A DNA stretch of 64,000 nucleotides from Candidatus Latescibacterota bacterium (GTDB lineage: Bacteria > Latescibacterota > UBA2968 > UBA8231). The notes under the pieces were generated by a model. It was not told the DNA's origin. It ran no database searches and saw nothing but the letters and a program-made list of their open reading frames with translations. Location of the stretch: contig OZ253462.1 of assembly GCA_965261395.1 (NCBI GenBank), positions 1,248,001 to 1,312,000 of the forward strand. Reading direction: 5' to 3'. Of this stretch, positions 1 to 11,393 are shown piece after piece; within the stretch, counting starts at the first letter, position 1, and the number at the start of each line of letters is the position of its first letter. The translations under genes were made by a program, and so were the position numbers.

Positions 1-354
1 GCTCACCACCCGCTTGGCGACCCTTTCAACATTGATCCCTACATCGCGGGTGCCGATAAAGATCGCGGAGGTCCGGTACCCGAGCGTTTTCGCCTTACGG
101 ACGATGGCGGGTCTCGACGCTCCCGAATAGGTACTCTCAAAGCCGAAGTCATCTCTACGATCTAAGTGGGTCTGGATTCGCTCGTCAACCAGCGCCCGGG
201 CTGCACGCTGTAACTCCGGGTCGTTGTAGCTTCCGAGCCCTTGGGCGATGCTGTCCGCATCATAGAAGTATCGTGGCAACGTTTGGGCATAAAGGCGACA
301 CCAAGTCGATTTCCCGACTCCATTCGCCCCGATCACAAGGGTCAGTTCAGCCAT
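1..354 (-). CDS. Zeta-toxin-like P-loop ATPase (COG4185-type), runs off the window edge
   Basis: Manual translation, not in the ORF track: MAELTLVIGANGVGKSTWC...YDADSIA...FGFESTYSG...GYRTSAIFIGT...NVERVAKRV. It shows Walker A GANGVGKST and the D-A-D and F-E-S/T motifs typical of this family. Confidence 0.8.
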   Translation of the reverse strand, partial: MAELTLVIGANGVGKSTWCRLYAQTLPRYFYDADSIAQGLGSYNDPELQRAARALVDERIQTHLDRRDDFGFESTYSGASRPAIVRKAKTLGYRTSAIFIGTRDVGINVERVAKRVVS

Positions 355-568
355 CGGCCCCGTTTGCATCCATCGGTTGGAACGGCTTTTTCTCGATTCG
401 GCCGTCGGGCCATTCGGTTACTATAAATTGATCGTCATCGCTGAGATAGACGAACGCCTTGCCCTGTTCGAGCACCATGCGTCGGGTCGCTCCGGGGTCG
501 GCCAAAGTCCGCTTTATCGCGGCGATTAACGGGTGTTCGCGGTTATTCATTGTCTTGATTACCTCCAT
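347..568 (-). CDS. Small hypothetical protein, possible antitoxin partner of the downstream ATPase
   Basis: 73-aa ORF whose stop overlaps the ATPase start (ATGGCTGA). Confidence 0.55.
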   Translation of the reverse strand: MEVIKTMNNREHPLIAAIKRTLADPGATRRMVLEQGKAFVYLSDDDQFIVTEWPDGRIEKKPFQPMDANGADG

Positions 569-641
569 GCGAAGCCTTTTAAGACCCGCGTTGGGCCGTG
601 TTGAGTTTTCTTTTTTACGCCTTCAGGGCCGTCGGCTCGCC

Positions 642-1208
642 TCAAGGTAGCGGTCGCAGCCGCCCCGCTTCCTCCTCGTAGCCCGCGCCGCACTCCGCAC
701 AAACCAGATCACCGCTCAGCGTGATGCCGCAGCGGCAGGCCCAGCCCGTCTGCCGCCCCGGTACGCCGGTTATCAGCGCATAGGCCGGCACGTCGCGGGT
801 TACGACCGCTCCGGCACCAACGAGGGCATAAGCGCCGATTTCGACGCCGCAGACGATGGTTGAGTTGGCCCCCAGCGAAGCTCCCTTGCGCACCCGCGTC
901 TCTTGGAATTCGCGTCGGCGGTCGATAAAGGAGCGGGGGTTGACGACGTTGGTGAACACCATCGACGGGCCGCAGAAGACCCCGTCTTCGAGCGTAACTC
1001 CCTTGTAGATCGAGACGTTGTTCTGTATTTTGCAGCCGTCGCCGATCACCACTCCGCGGTCGATATAGACGTTTTGGCCGAGATTGCAGTTTTGGCCGAT
1101 CTGTGCGTCGGGCATCAGGTGGCAGAAATGCCATATATGGGTTCCCGCGCCAATGGCGACTGGCTCATCAACGCAAGTGCTGGGATGGACGAAGTATTCT
1201 TTTGTCAT
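642..1208 (-). CDS. Hexapeptide-repeat N-acetyltransferase (WbpD/WlbB-like)
   Basis: Left-handed beta-helix repeats, IWHFCH, KIQNNVSIY, FCGPSMVFTNVVNPRS and a C-terminal CxCG..C..CG knuckle. Confidence 0.9.
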   Translation of the reverse strand: MTKEYFVHPSTCVDEPVAIGAGTHIWHFCHLMPDAQIGQNCNLGQNVYIDRGVVIGDGCKIQNNVSIYKGVTLEDGVFCGPSMVFTNVVNPRSFIDRRREFQETRVRKGASLGANSTIVCGVEIGAYALVGAGAVVTRDVPAYALITGVPGRQTGWACRCGITLSGDLVCAECGAGYEEEAGRLRPLP

Positions 1209-1295
1209 GACGACCGAATATAAATTGTCCTTGTCTATTTACCAATGCACGACCATCCGGTCGGCGCATAAACCCTTACTCATACGGAGGAAACC

Positions 1296-2255
1296 GTGAA
1301 ACTGGTCACGTACTCTGCCGCTGGCGAACAATCCGTCGGTGCCGTCGTAGCCGACGACTCTGTGGTCGTCGATCTCAAAGCTGCCGATCAAGTCTTAGCC
1401 CGCCGCGAAAAGCGCAAAGCACACCCCTTCTTCACCGATATGCTGGCCCTGCTCTCCGCTGGTGCCAAGGGCCTGCGCGCCGCCAAACAGGCCGCGGCGA
1501 GCGCCGAAGATAAAGAACCCAATGGCAAGACCATCCACGCCCTCAGCAAGGTCCGCCTCCGCGCTCCCATGCCCAACCCGCGCAAGGTCTTCTGCTTGGC
1601 CGGCAACTACCAGGACCACATCGAAGAGGGCGGCGGCAAAATGGCTGCCCAAGACAAGGAAACCCCGCGCGTCTTTATGAAGCCACCGACGACCACCGTT
1701 ATTGGCCCCGGTGACCGCATTCTCATTCCCCCGATTGCCAATAGCATCGATTGGGAAGGCGAACTGGCCGTAGTCATCGGCCGCAATACCAAGGGCGTCA
1801 AAGCCAAGGACGCGCTCAAACACGTGGCCGGTTACACCGTTATGAACGACGTATCCGAGCGCGAGTTGGTCATCAAGAAGCGCACTGACAGCCGCCCGCG
1901 CGACGAGTGGTTCGACTGGCTCAACGGCAAATGGCTCGACACCTTTGCCCCGCAGGGACCGTGGATCGTCACTTCGGACGAAATCAAGGACCCCCAAGTC
2001 CTCGACATCAGCACCTTCATCAACGGCGAGCGCAAGCAACACAACAACACCGGCCAAATGCTCTACCCGGTTAATAAGATCATCGAGTACATCTCGGCGA
2101 TTATCACCCTAGAACCGGGCGACCTGATCAGCACCGGCACCATATCGGGCGTCGGCGCGACCACTGGCACCTTTATGAAAAAGGGCGACAAGGTCGAAAT
2201 CGAGATCTCCGGGATCGGCGTGCTCAAAAACTCGGTCGCCGCCAGCAAGAAATAA
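1296..2255 (+). CDS. Fumarylacetoacetate hydrolase family protein
   Basis: NYQDH, DWEGEL, NDVSER, GKWLDTFAPQGP and LEPGDLISTGT motifs. Confidence 0.93.
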   Translation: MKLVTYSAAGEQSVGAVVADDSVVVDLKAADQVLARREKRKAHPFFTDMLALLSAGAKGLRAAKQAAASAEDKEPNGKTIHALSKVRLRAPMPNPRKVFCLAGNYQDHIEEGGGKMAAQDKETPRVFMKPPTTTVIGPGDRILIPPIANSIDWEGELAVVIGRNTKGVKAKDALKHVAGYTVMNDVSERELVIKKRTDSRPRDEWFDWLNGKWLDTFAPQGPWIVTSDEIKDPQVLDISTFINGERKQHNNTGQMLYPVNKIIEYISAIITLEPGDLISTGTISGVGATTGTFMKKGDKVEIEISGIGVLKNSVAASKK

Positions 2256-2258
2256 CCC

Positions 2259-3479
2259 TTGGACTCAGCATCCGCGACCACGGGCCAGGAAGGTGGGCTG
2301 CTCAGCCGCGCCTTCTTGGCCCTTTGTCTTCTTTACTTTCTCGACAGCTTCCTCTCCGCCCCCTTCCAAGCGCTCTTTCCCGTCTATATCGAAGCCGACT
2401 TGGCGCAGCCCCCGTGGTTTACCGGCTATCTGCGCGGGCTGATGCTGCTCCTAGGCGGCATATTTGCCGTGGTCGCCGGTCGGCTCTGCGACCGCTTTGG
2501 CCGCAAGACGACCCTGATGATCGGCCTCGTCGGCAGCGCGCTCACCGGCTTGGTCTTTCGCACCGCAGATCCTTGGGGGCTGTCGTGCCTGCTCTTGGCG
2601 ATGGGCGCGGCCAGCGGCCCTTGGTCCACCGCCGGGCAGAGCATCCTCATCACCGCGGTCACCCCCGCTCGACTCGGTTTGGGCGGTGCCCTCTACTTTC
2701 TCAGTAATACGCTCGGCAGCTCGCTCGGCAGCCTCTGTACTGGCTTGGTCAAAACCACCTATTCCTTCGCCCAGATCGGTGCCACTATGAGCATCGGCGT
2801 GGTCGCGGTAATCGCCCTAGCTTTTGTGCTGTTGCCCGGTGACGCGCCCTCCCCCACCACTACTGCGCAGGCGGCGCGCCTCAATACGTGGACGGCCTAC
2901 CGCCCGCTTTTGGGCCGCGGTGATGTGCACCTGCTGCTCAGCCTACGCCTGACCATCACCACCTTCTGGGGCATGGCGACGCTGGCGCTGCCTCTGTTGA
3001 TCTACCGAGTCGGCGAAAGCGAGTCCCTGCCCGCGTACTTTGCCTCCCTCTCGCTGGTGGTGGCGGCCTGCTGCCAGCTCAGCGTCGGCTATCTCAACGA
3101 CCGCTTTGGCCGCACTGCACCGCTTATCGGCTCGGCCGTGGGCATCTTCCTCAGTGCCTTGGGACTTGCCCTCTGGCACGATACCCTCGTCGGCCTCTTT
3201 GCCTGCGGCACCGCCCTCACCGCTACTGCTTGGGCCGTCTCGACGCTGATTCCCCGACTTATTAACGACGTCGCCGCGGCCGATGAAAAAAACCGCCTCG
3301 TCGGCTTGGGCCACCTCGCTTGGAGCGGCTCGATGGTGGTCGGCAGTCTGCTCGGCGGCTACCTAATCGAGATAAATGCCGCCCTACCCTTCTACATCGG
3401 CACGGCCCTCAGTGCCCTCGGTGCGCTCGGCGCTTTTGGCCTCTGCCGCCGTCTGGACGGCGCAGGGGTTACGGCTTAG
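2259..3479 (+). CDS. MFS transporter
   Basis: About 12 hydrophobic segments, with motif A GRLCDRFGRK and GYLNDRFGR. Confidence 0.9.
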   Translation: MDSASATTGQEGGLLSRAFLALCLLYFLDSFLSAPFQALFPVYIEADLAQPPWFTGYLRGLMLLLGGIFAVVAGRLCDRFGRKTTLMIGLVGSALTGLVFRTADPWGLSCLLLAMGAASGPWSTAGQSILITAVTPARLGLGGALYFLSNTLGSSLGSLCTGLVKTTYSFAQIGATMSIGVVAVIALAFVLLPGDAPSPTTTAQAARLNTWTAYRPLLGRGDVHLLLSLRLTITTFWGMATLALPLLIYRVGESESLPAYFASLSLVVAACCQLSVGYLNDRFGRTAPLIGSAVGIFLSALGLALWHDTLVGLFACGTALTATAWAVSTLIPRLINDVAAADEKNRLVGLGHLAWSGSMVVGSLLGGYLIEINAALPFYIGTALSALGALGAFGLCRRLDGAGVTA

Positions 3480-3488
3480 ACTAGGCGA

Positions 3489-4643
3489 ATGCAAAAACTC
3501 CGCCTGTTCCTCATTACGCTCTCACACTTTTGCGTCGATAGCTACGCCACGATGTTGGCCCCGCTGTTGCCCCTGCTCAAGGCCAACTTGGGGCTGAGCT
3601 TGGCGCAGGTCGGGTTTTTGGGTTCCATCGTCTCTATATGCAATATCAGCCAGCCTCTCATGGGCTTGTGGGCCGACCGCATGGCCTGGCGCTGGCTGAT
3701 CGTCGGTGGCTTGGCCGTGACGACCATTTTCTCGCCGCTCATGGGGCTGGCATCCAATTACCTAACCCTCGTCGGCATCCTGATGCTGGGTGGGATTGGG
3801 GTCGCCGCTTTCCATCCCCAAGTCTTTTCGCTGGCCGGCGAACTCAGCGGTCCGCGCCGCTCCTTCGGCTTGGCGCTCTTTATTTTTGGCGGGACGCTGG
3901 GGCTGGGCCTAACGCCGCTGTGGGCCCCGGCGTACACCAACTCCTTTGGGCTTGCCGCCATGCCCTATCTCTCCATTCCTGGCCTGTTGTTCCTCCTGCT
4001 CATGTGCCGCGCGGTGCCGCTCGGCAACCCCAACTTCGCCCACGGCAGAAGCACGGCCCAATGGCGCAGTCTCGGCGACCAAGCTGGTCCCCTCGTGCTG
4101 ATCACCGCCATCGTCATTTTGCGTTCTGTAACGGGACTGGGCTTTGGCACGTTTTTGACGCTCATGGCGCAGGAGCGCGGTCTCGGTCTCGTCGCAGGCG
4201 GCATTCCCTTGGGAATCTACAATATTGCCGGCGTGGTCGGCGCGCTCGTTGTTGGCTACCTAGCCGACCGCGTCGATCCTAAACCGCTGGTCTGGGGATC
4301 GCTGCTGTGCTCGGTGCCGCCGCTCTATGCCTTTATCTATGTCGAGGGAATGCTGGCCAGCTACGTCCTGCTTTTTGTGGGCGGCGGTCTGTTGCTGTCT
4401 TCCAACTCGATTATGGTCGCCTTGGCCCAGGAGTTTTCGCCGGAAAATACCGGTTTGGTCTCCAGCCTGCCGCTGGGTTTTAGCTGGGGTTTAGCCAGCC
4501 TCGCGCTGCCGTTGATCGGCCATTTCGGCGACCAGATCGGCGTCGCTGAAACCTTGAAATACCTAGCCTTGTTGCCGATATTGCCCGCCGGCTTGGCCTT
4601 CTTCCTGCCAAGCCGGCCAATCGCAAAGGACGCCGCATTATGA
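3489..4643 (+). CDS. MFS transporter (Fsr-like)
   Basis: HFCVD, QPLMGLWADR, AAFHP and GYLADRV motifs. Confidence 0.88.
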   Translation: MQKLRLFLITLSHFCVDSYATMLAPLLPLLKANLGLSLAQVGFLGSIVSICNISQPLMGLWADRMAWRWLIVGGLAVTTIFSPLMGLASNYLTLVGILMLGGIGVAAFHPQVFSLAGELSGPRRSFGLALFIFGGTLGLGLTPLWAPAYTNSFGLAAMPYLSIPGLLFLLLMCRAVPLGNPNFAHGRSTAQWRSLGDQAGPLVLITAIVILRSVTGLGFGTFLTLMAQERGLGLVAGGIPLGIYNIAGVVGALVVGYLADRVDPKPLVWGSLLCSVPPLYAFIYVEGMLASYVLLFVGGGLLLSSNSIMVALAQEFSPENTGLVSSLPLGFSWGLASLALPLIGHFGDQIGVAETLKYLALLPILPAGLAFFLPSRPIAKDAAL

Positions 4644-5422
4644 GCTTGCTCATTTTAGATCCCGAGCAGAAGCAGTTCTTCGACGACAACGGCTATCTGC
4701 TGCTCAAGGGCTTCTATGGCCCTGCGGAGATGGAGCAGATGCGCTGCGAGTTGCACCGCTTGGTGACCGAGATCGAAAATCGGCCCAAGAACGTCAAGTA
4801 CTCCTTCATGGACGCGCCGGGAGGCTACGCGCCCGACCCCTTCAACCCGCACAATATCGTCGGCATGATGGATCAGACGTTGGCTGGTGACTACTGGTTC
4901 GATCAGTTCACCGAGCCGCGCATTGTCTCGGTCATGGTCGATCTCTTAGGCCCCGACCTCGATTTCCACAACGGCAAGATCCGCAACAAACCCCCTGGCT
5001 TTGTCTGCAGCCAAAGCTGGCACCAAGACTGGCCGTACGAGCGCCACACCGAGCCAGATTTGGCTGCGGTCATTACGTACCTCGATCCGAGTGCATTTGA
5101 AGCCGGGGCCACCGAGGTCCTGCCCGGCAGCCACTTAAAGGGCGAGTACCCCACCCTAGAAAACAGCCACACCATCCCCGACGAGCACATCCCCGCGGCC
5201 GAATGCGTCGTCTTGGAAGCCGAGCCGGGCGACGTGGCGATCATCCACGTCCTCGTCGTCCACCGCGCTGGCCACAACTATACGCCGCGCACGCGCCACG
5301 CCATCATCAACGAGTACAAAACCGCGGCCACCATCGACCAATGGGGCAATTCCTGCGCCTTTGCCGGCTTGCCTCTGGCCCGCAACGGACAACTTCTGAT
5401 GCCGCGCGTTTATCAGGGATAA
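4640..5422 (+). CDS. Phytanoyl-CoA dioxygenase family Fe(II)/2OG enzyme
   Basis: FFDDNGY, WHQD (HxD), VLPGSH, PGDV..H..VVH and a distal R. Confidence 0.9.
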   Translation: MSLLILDPEQKQFFDDNGYLLLKGFYGPAEMEQMRCELHRLVTEIENRPKNVKYSFMDAPGGYAPDPFNPHNIVGMMDQTLAGDYWFDQFTEPRIVSVMVDLLGPDLDFHNGKIRNKPPGFVCSQSWHQDWPYERHTEPDLAAVITYLDPSAFEAGATEVLPGSHLKGEYPTLENSHTIPDEHIPAAECVVLEAEPGDVAIIHVLVVHRAGHNYTPRTRHAIINEYKTAATIDQWGNSCAFAGLPLARNGQLLMPRVYQG

Positions 5423-5462
5423 ATGCGGCCTCAACGTGCGCCCCGCCTTGATATTGTTATAG

Positions 5463-7421
<1,959 letters not shown>

Positions 7422-7462
7422 TCACCGACGACCCCTTCAACCAAAACGGAAAAGAGAAAAAG

Positions 7463-8455
7463 ATGGGTAAAATTCGCGTGGGATTTATCGGCTGTGGTGG
7501 AAATGCCAGCGGGCACCTAGGGCGGATGCTCGGCATCCCCGAGGCCCAAGTGGTGGCTTTGTGCGATGTGGATCAGGCCAGTCTGCAGCGGGCCAAGGAG
7601 CGCAACCCGCAGGCCGCGGAGTTGCCGGAGTTTACCCACTACCAAGAGATGCTGGAGCAAGTCGAACTGGACGCGGTAGAAATTTCCACGCCACACACAT
7701 TGCACTTCGAGCAGATTATGGCCGCGCTGGACAAAGGGCTGCACGTGCTGACCGAAAAGCCGATGGTCTGTACTGTCGATCACGCGCACCAAGTTATCGC
7801 CAAAGCAGAGGCGACCGGCAAGGTCCTGATGATCTCCTATCAACGGCACTTGGGGGCGCAGTACCGCTATGTGCGCAATCAGATCGCGGCCGGGGAATTG
7901 GGGGATATCCAGTTTATAGCGGCGCTCCAAGACCAGAAGTGGTATCAGGGGACGATAGGGCTGTGGCGGCAGCAAATGGCGCTGTCGGGCGGCGGGCAGC
8001 TCAACGACTCGGGAAGCCACCTACTGGACATTGTGTTGTGGATGGCCGGGCTGGAGGTGGCCGAGGTGCAGGCCTACATGGAACACTTCGACTCCGAGGT
8101 GGATATCAACTCGGCGCTGTCGCTGCGCTTTGGCAACGGCGCGCTAGGGACTATTGCGGTGGTGGGCAACTCGCCGACTGGCGGGATGTGGGAGGACATC
8201 ACCATCTGGGGGACCAAGGCGGTGGTCTATATCCGTCAAGGACAGGTCTTCTACAAGACGCAGCACAGCGGTGAGGTGTACCAGGTCAATAACTTGCCCG
8301 GCTCGGCGACGCCCGACCAGAATTTCATCGACGCGATTCTCGGCCGCGACCAAGTGCAGGTGCCCCCCGAATGCGGTTTGCGGGTCATTGAGCTGACCGA
8401 AGCGGCATGGGCCTCGGCCGCCAGTGGGCAGCCGGTCAAAGTCGAGCGGAAATAG
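7463..8455 (+). CDS. Gfo/Idh/MocA family oxidoreductase
   Basis: GFIGCGG, HVLTEKPM and GGGQLNDSGSHLLD. Confidence 0.92.
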   Translation: MGKIRVGFIGCGGNASGHLGRMLGIPEAQVVALCDVDQASLQRAKERNPQAAELPEFTHYQEMLEQVELDAVEISTPHTLHFEQIMAALDKGLHVLTEKPMVCTVDHAHQVIAKAEATGKVLMISYQRHLGAQYRYVRNQIAAGELGDIQFIAALQDQKWYQGTIGLWRQQMALSGGGQLNDSGSHLLDIVLWMAGLEVAEVQAYMEHFDSEVDINSALSLRFGNGALGTIAVVGNSPTGGMWEDITIWGTKAVVYIRQGQVFYKTQHSGEVYQVNNLPGSATPDQNFIDAILGRDQVQVPPECGLRVIELTEAAWASAASGQPVKVERK

Positions 8456-8459
8456 ACGA

Positions 8460-8488
8460 TTGACCCGGTTCACTAGCTCTTGTATATT
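8460..8488 (+). promoter_or_regulatory. Sigma70-type promoter
   Basis: TTGACC (8460-8465), 17-nt spacer, TATATT (8483-8488). Confidence 0.7.
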
Positions 8489-8494
8489 AAAAAT

Positions 8495-8799
8495 TAAGTC
8501 GAGTTCGGGGGCCACAAACCCTTGTTGCCGCTACGCTGAGGCTCGAGGCTACGCGAGCGAGCCAACCCGGCTTTGTCACTGGCCGCAACGACGCGCAGAG
8601 TTGGAGTATGGATTATGAGGCGCGCACTAGCGAAAGGAGGTGGTTCATTGAGTAGTAATTGTACCGCAGCAGGGAGGTTGATCACTTGATCAACTCCAGG
8701 TGATCGACTACCTGGTCAGAAGCACAGTCGCTTCGGCGACATAGCTTCTGAGAGTACAGCCGGGCGCACCCCACCTTAGTGGGTGCGCCCGGTTTTTTT
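8495..8799 (+). ncRNA. Candidate structured non-coding RNA (~300 nt)
   Basis: Lies between a promoter and an intrinsic terminator with no credible long + strand ORF. Contains several hairpins including GTCGC-TTCG-GCGAC and an AAAGGAGGTG...AGTAGTA core. Confidence 0.6.
8760..8799 (+). terminator. Rho-independent terminator
   Basis: 12-bp stem CCGGGCGCACCC/GGGTGCGCCCGG followed by T7. Confidence 0.9.
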
Positions 8800-8864
8800 G
8801 TCCGCGTTGCCCTAGTTGGTTCCCACGCGGTATTTTTGCCATATTGTCCGCGAGGAGGCCGTCT

Positions 8865-9857
8865 ATGAAACGCATCGCCAAGCCCGCAGGGGCCTATAAC
8901 ATCGTGGTAGAAGAGGTCGAGGTTCCGGCCATTGCCCCGACCGAGATTTTGATTCGCGCCGAATGTTCGCTAATCAGCCGAGGCTCGGAGATATGGCGGC
9001 GCTACGTGCGCGAAGAGGCGATCGATCACCGCGCCATGGGCTACTCGCTGGTGGGCCGAGTCGCAGAGGTCGGCGCAGAGGTTGAAGAGTTCAAAACCGG
9101 CGATCTGGTCGCGGCCCTCGCGCCGCACGCCGAATACGTAGCGGTCGAAGTAGTAGCCGGCCAGCACAGGCCTGCGGCCGTGCGCCTGCCAGCGGGCCTA
9201 GCGCCCGAGGCGGGCACCTTCTGGCCGCTGGGAGCCAGCTCGGTCCTGTGGATGTGGGAGACCGAGGCCGGCCCAGATGATGTCATGGTCATCCAAGGGC
9301 AGGGCTTGGTAGGTAGCGGTTGTATGCAGGCGGCCAAGGCACAAGGCGCGGGGCGCGTCATCGGGATCGATGCCTTGCCCCTGCGCTGCGAACTGGCGCG
9401 TGAGTTAGGGGCCGACGTGGTGGTAGACGCTAGCGCCGGTGACTCTGTCGCACAGGTTTTGGAACTGACGGACGGAGAGGGTGCAGACGTGGTGGTCGAA
9501 GCTGTGGGCGGGCGGGCCGGAGCGCAGGCTTTTGCCGAGGCGCAGGACATGCTCAAGCGCGGCGGCCTCTTGCAGGTGCTGGGGCTATACGAAAACGAAC
9601 CCCTGCCGCTCTACTCAGAAAAAATCATGGGCAAGCGCCTCATAGGCAGCTACCTCGACGCCGACCGGCGGCCCGAAGGATCAGCACGTGCCCTAGAGCT
9701 ATTGACGACGGGCCAGATCCAGTTCGCCAAGATGATCACCCACCGCTTCCCCTACACCGAAGCGGCAGCGGCCTTCGACCTGCTCTACAATCGGTTGGGC
9801 GAGACGATGGCGGTATTGCTGATGTGGGAAACTGACTTAGGAGACGACGATGAGTAG
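8865..9857 (+). CDS. Zinc-binding (MDR family) alcohol dehydrogenase-like protein
   Basis: SLISRGSE, GYSLVG, GQGLVG, ADVVVEAVG and MITHRF. ATG at 8865 follows GAGGAGG. Confidence 0.88.
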   Translation: MKRIAKPAGAYNIVVEEVEVPAIAPTEILIRAECSLISRGSEIWRRYVREEAIDHRAMGYSLVGRVAEVGAEVEEFKTGDLVAALAPHAEYVAVEVVAGQHRPAAVRLPAGLAPEAGTFWPLGASSVLWMWETEAGPDDVMVIQGQGLVGSGCMQAAKAQGAGRVIGIDALPLRCELARELGADVVVDASAGDSVAQVLELTDGEGADVVVEAVGGRAGAQAFAEAQDMLKRGGLLQVLGLYENEPLPLYSEKIMGKRLIGSYLDADRRPEGSARALELLTTGQIQFAKMITHRFPYTEAAAAFDLLYNRLGETMAVLLMWETDLGDDDE

Positions 9858-10551
9858 GACCATAGAGAAGCTGTTCCGCGCCCCCTACGGGGTGCCCAAC
9901 GCGCTGCAAGTAGTAGAAGAAGGACTGTGGATTACCGATCAAATTACCGACCGGGTGGCACTGATTGAAATCGCCGAGCCGTCTGAATACGGCGTCACCC
10001 GCTTGACCCGCGATATACCTAGCGAGTCGTCCAATACCAGCGGCATGGCTTGGGGCGGCGGTTCGCTGTGGTTGGCGGCCAACGGGGCGGGTACGCTCTG
10101 GCGGCCCGCACGGCCGACGGACGCCGCGCAAGGGACGGGCGAAATTTTCGAGGTTGATCCAGATACCGGCGCGACCCGCAACCGCTATCCAGTGCCCGGC
10201 GGAGGCGGGGTTCACGGGATGGAGTACGATCCGTTTGAGGAGGGCTACGTGTGGATCACCACCCTCAAGAGCCAGACGCTGAGCAAAGTCAAGATCGCTG
10301 GCTGGTCGGTTGAGCACGTACTGGATCTGCCCTACGGGCGCGCGCACGGTGTGGTGCGGGTCGCCGACGGCATCTGGGTGGTGCATACAGCCGACCGCGT
10401 GATCGTCAAGCTCGATGTGGAGAGCGGGGCCGAGTTGGATCGAGTTATGGTGCCCGATAGCGACCCTGAACCGCATGGCCTGTCGATTTTTGGCGAGGAT
10501 TTGGTCTATTGCGACGCCACCTCTGGGTGGGTCGTCAAAATCAGCCTGTGA
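9850..10551 (+). CDS. Hypothetical beta-propeller-like protein
   Basis: Repeated xG[ML]xW/Y-D..LW blades (SGMAWGGGSLW, HGMEYD, HGVVRV..IW, HGLSIF). Confidence 0.6.
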   Translation: MSRTIEKLFRAPYGVPNALQVVEEGLWITDQITDRVALIEIAEPSEYGVTRLTRDIPSESSNTSGMAWGGGSLWLAANGAGTLWRPARPTDAAQGTGEIFEVDPDTGATRNRYPVPGGGGVHGMEYDPFEEGYVWITTLKSQTLSKVKIAGWSVEHVLDLPYGRAHGVVRVADGIWVVHTADRVIVKLDVESGAELDRVMVPDSDPEPHGLSIFGEDLVYCDATSGWVVKISL

Positions 10552-10561
10552 GGATGGTGTG

Positions 10562-11377
10562 ATGACGCGGATAGCAACGTCGTCTTGGAGCTTGCACAGG
10601 ACGTTAGGGTCGTCGATGTACCAGTGGCCCGACCCCAAGGGCGAGCCGGTGCTGGAAGGGGCAGGGCAGGGAGAACTCACCTTGTTGGAGCTACCGGCAC
10701 AGCTTGCCGCACGCGGCATCGGCCTGTTGGAGATTTGCCACTTCCACTTCCCTCAGCTCGACGATGGCTATATCAGCCAGTTGCGTCAGGCACTTGCCGA
10801 CAGCGGCGTCGAACTCTTCAGCGTGCTGATTGACGCTGGGGACATTGCGCATCCCGATGAGGCCCAACGCGCAAAGGAAGTGGCTTGGATACGCGAGTGG
10901 ATGGAGATTGCCGCTCGCTGCGGCGCACAGTGTGTGCGGGTGATTGCCGGAGGGGCAGACGACGATGAAGCCGTGCAGGTAAGCGCGGCGAATTTGCGTG
11001 CGCTCGCCAGCTTTGGTCGCACCTTAGGTATTGGGGTCCTGACGGAGAATTTCCGGGCGCTGGGCACGTCTGTCGGGGCGCTCAATACGGTCCTCGACTT
11101 GTGCGAGGGCGAGGTGGGGCTGTGCGCCGACTTCGGCAACTTCAAGGGGCCGGACAAATACCGCGATCTGGCGGCGATTCTGCCGCGGGCGACTTCCGTA
11201 CACGCCAAAGCCGACTTTCCCGCAGTGGGCCAGATGGACCGCGAGGATTTTGTGCACTGTCTGCGGCTGGCCAGTGATGCGGGATTCGCCGGGCCGTACT
11301 CGCTGATTTTTTCTAGCCGAGGCGACGAGTGGGAGGGCATAGAAAAGACGCGGGAAGTGGTCGAGGAATGGATGTGA
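10562..11377 (+). CDS. Sugar phosphate isomerase/epimerase (xylose isomerase-like TIM barrel)
   Basis: TENF, CADFGNF and VHAKA motifs. Start inferred at ATG 10562. Confidence 0.8.
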   Translation: MTRIATSSWSLHRTLGSSMYQWPDPKGEPVLEGAGQGELTLLELPAQLAARGIGLLEICHFHFPQLDDGYISQLRQALADSGVELFSVLIDAGDIAHPDEAQRAKEVAWIREWMEIAARCGAQCVRVIAGGADDDEAVQVSAANLRALASFGRTLGIGVLTENFRALGTSVGALNTVLDLCEGEVGLCADFGNFKGPDKYRDLAAILPRATSVHAKADFPAVGQMDREDFVHCLRLASDAGFAGPYSLIFSSRGDEWEGIEKTREVVEEWM

Positions 11378-11393
11378 AAGTGAAGGGAAAGGC

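Noticed and set aside
8495-8799. tmRNA, RNase P, SRP, 6S or tRNA identity
   Set aside because: No tRNA-like ends or CCA, no GAGGAAAGUCC, no SRP domain IV motif, and no long end-to-end rod.
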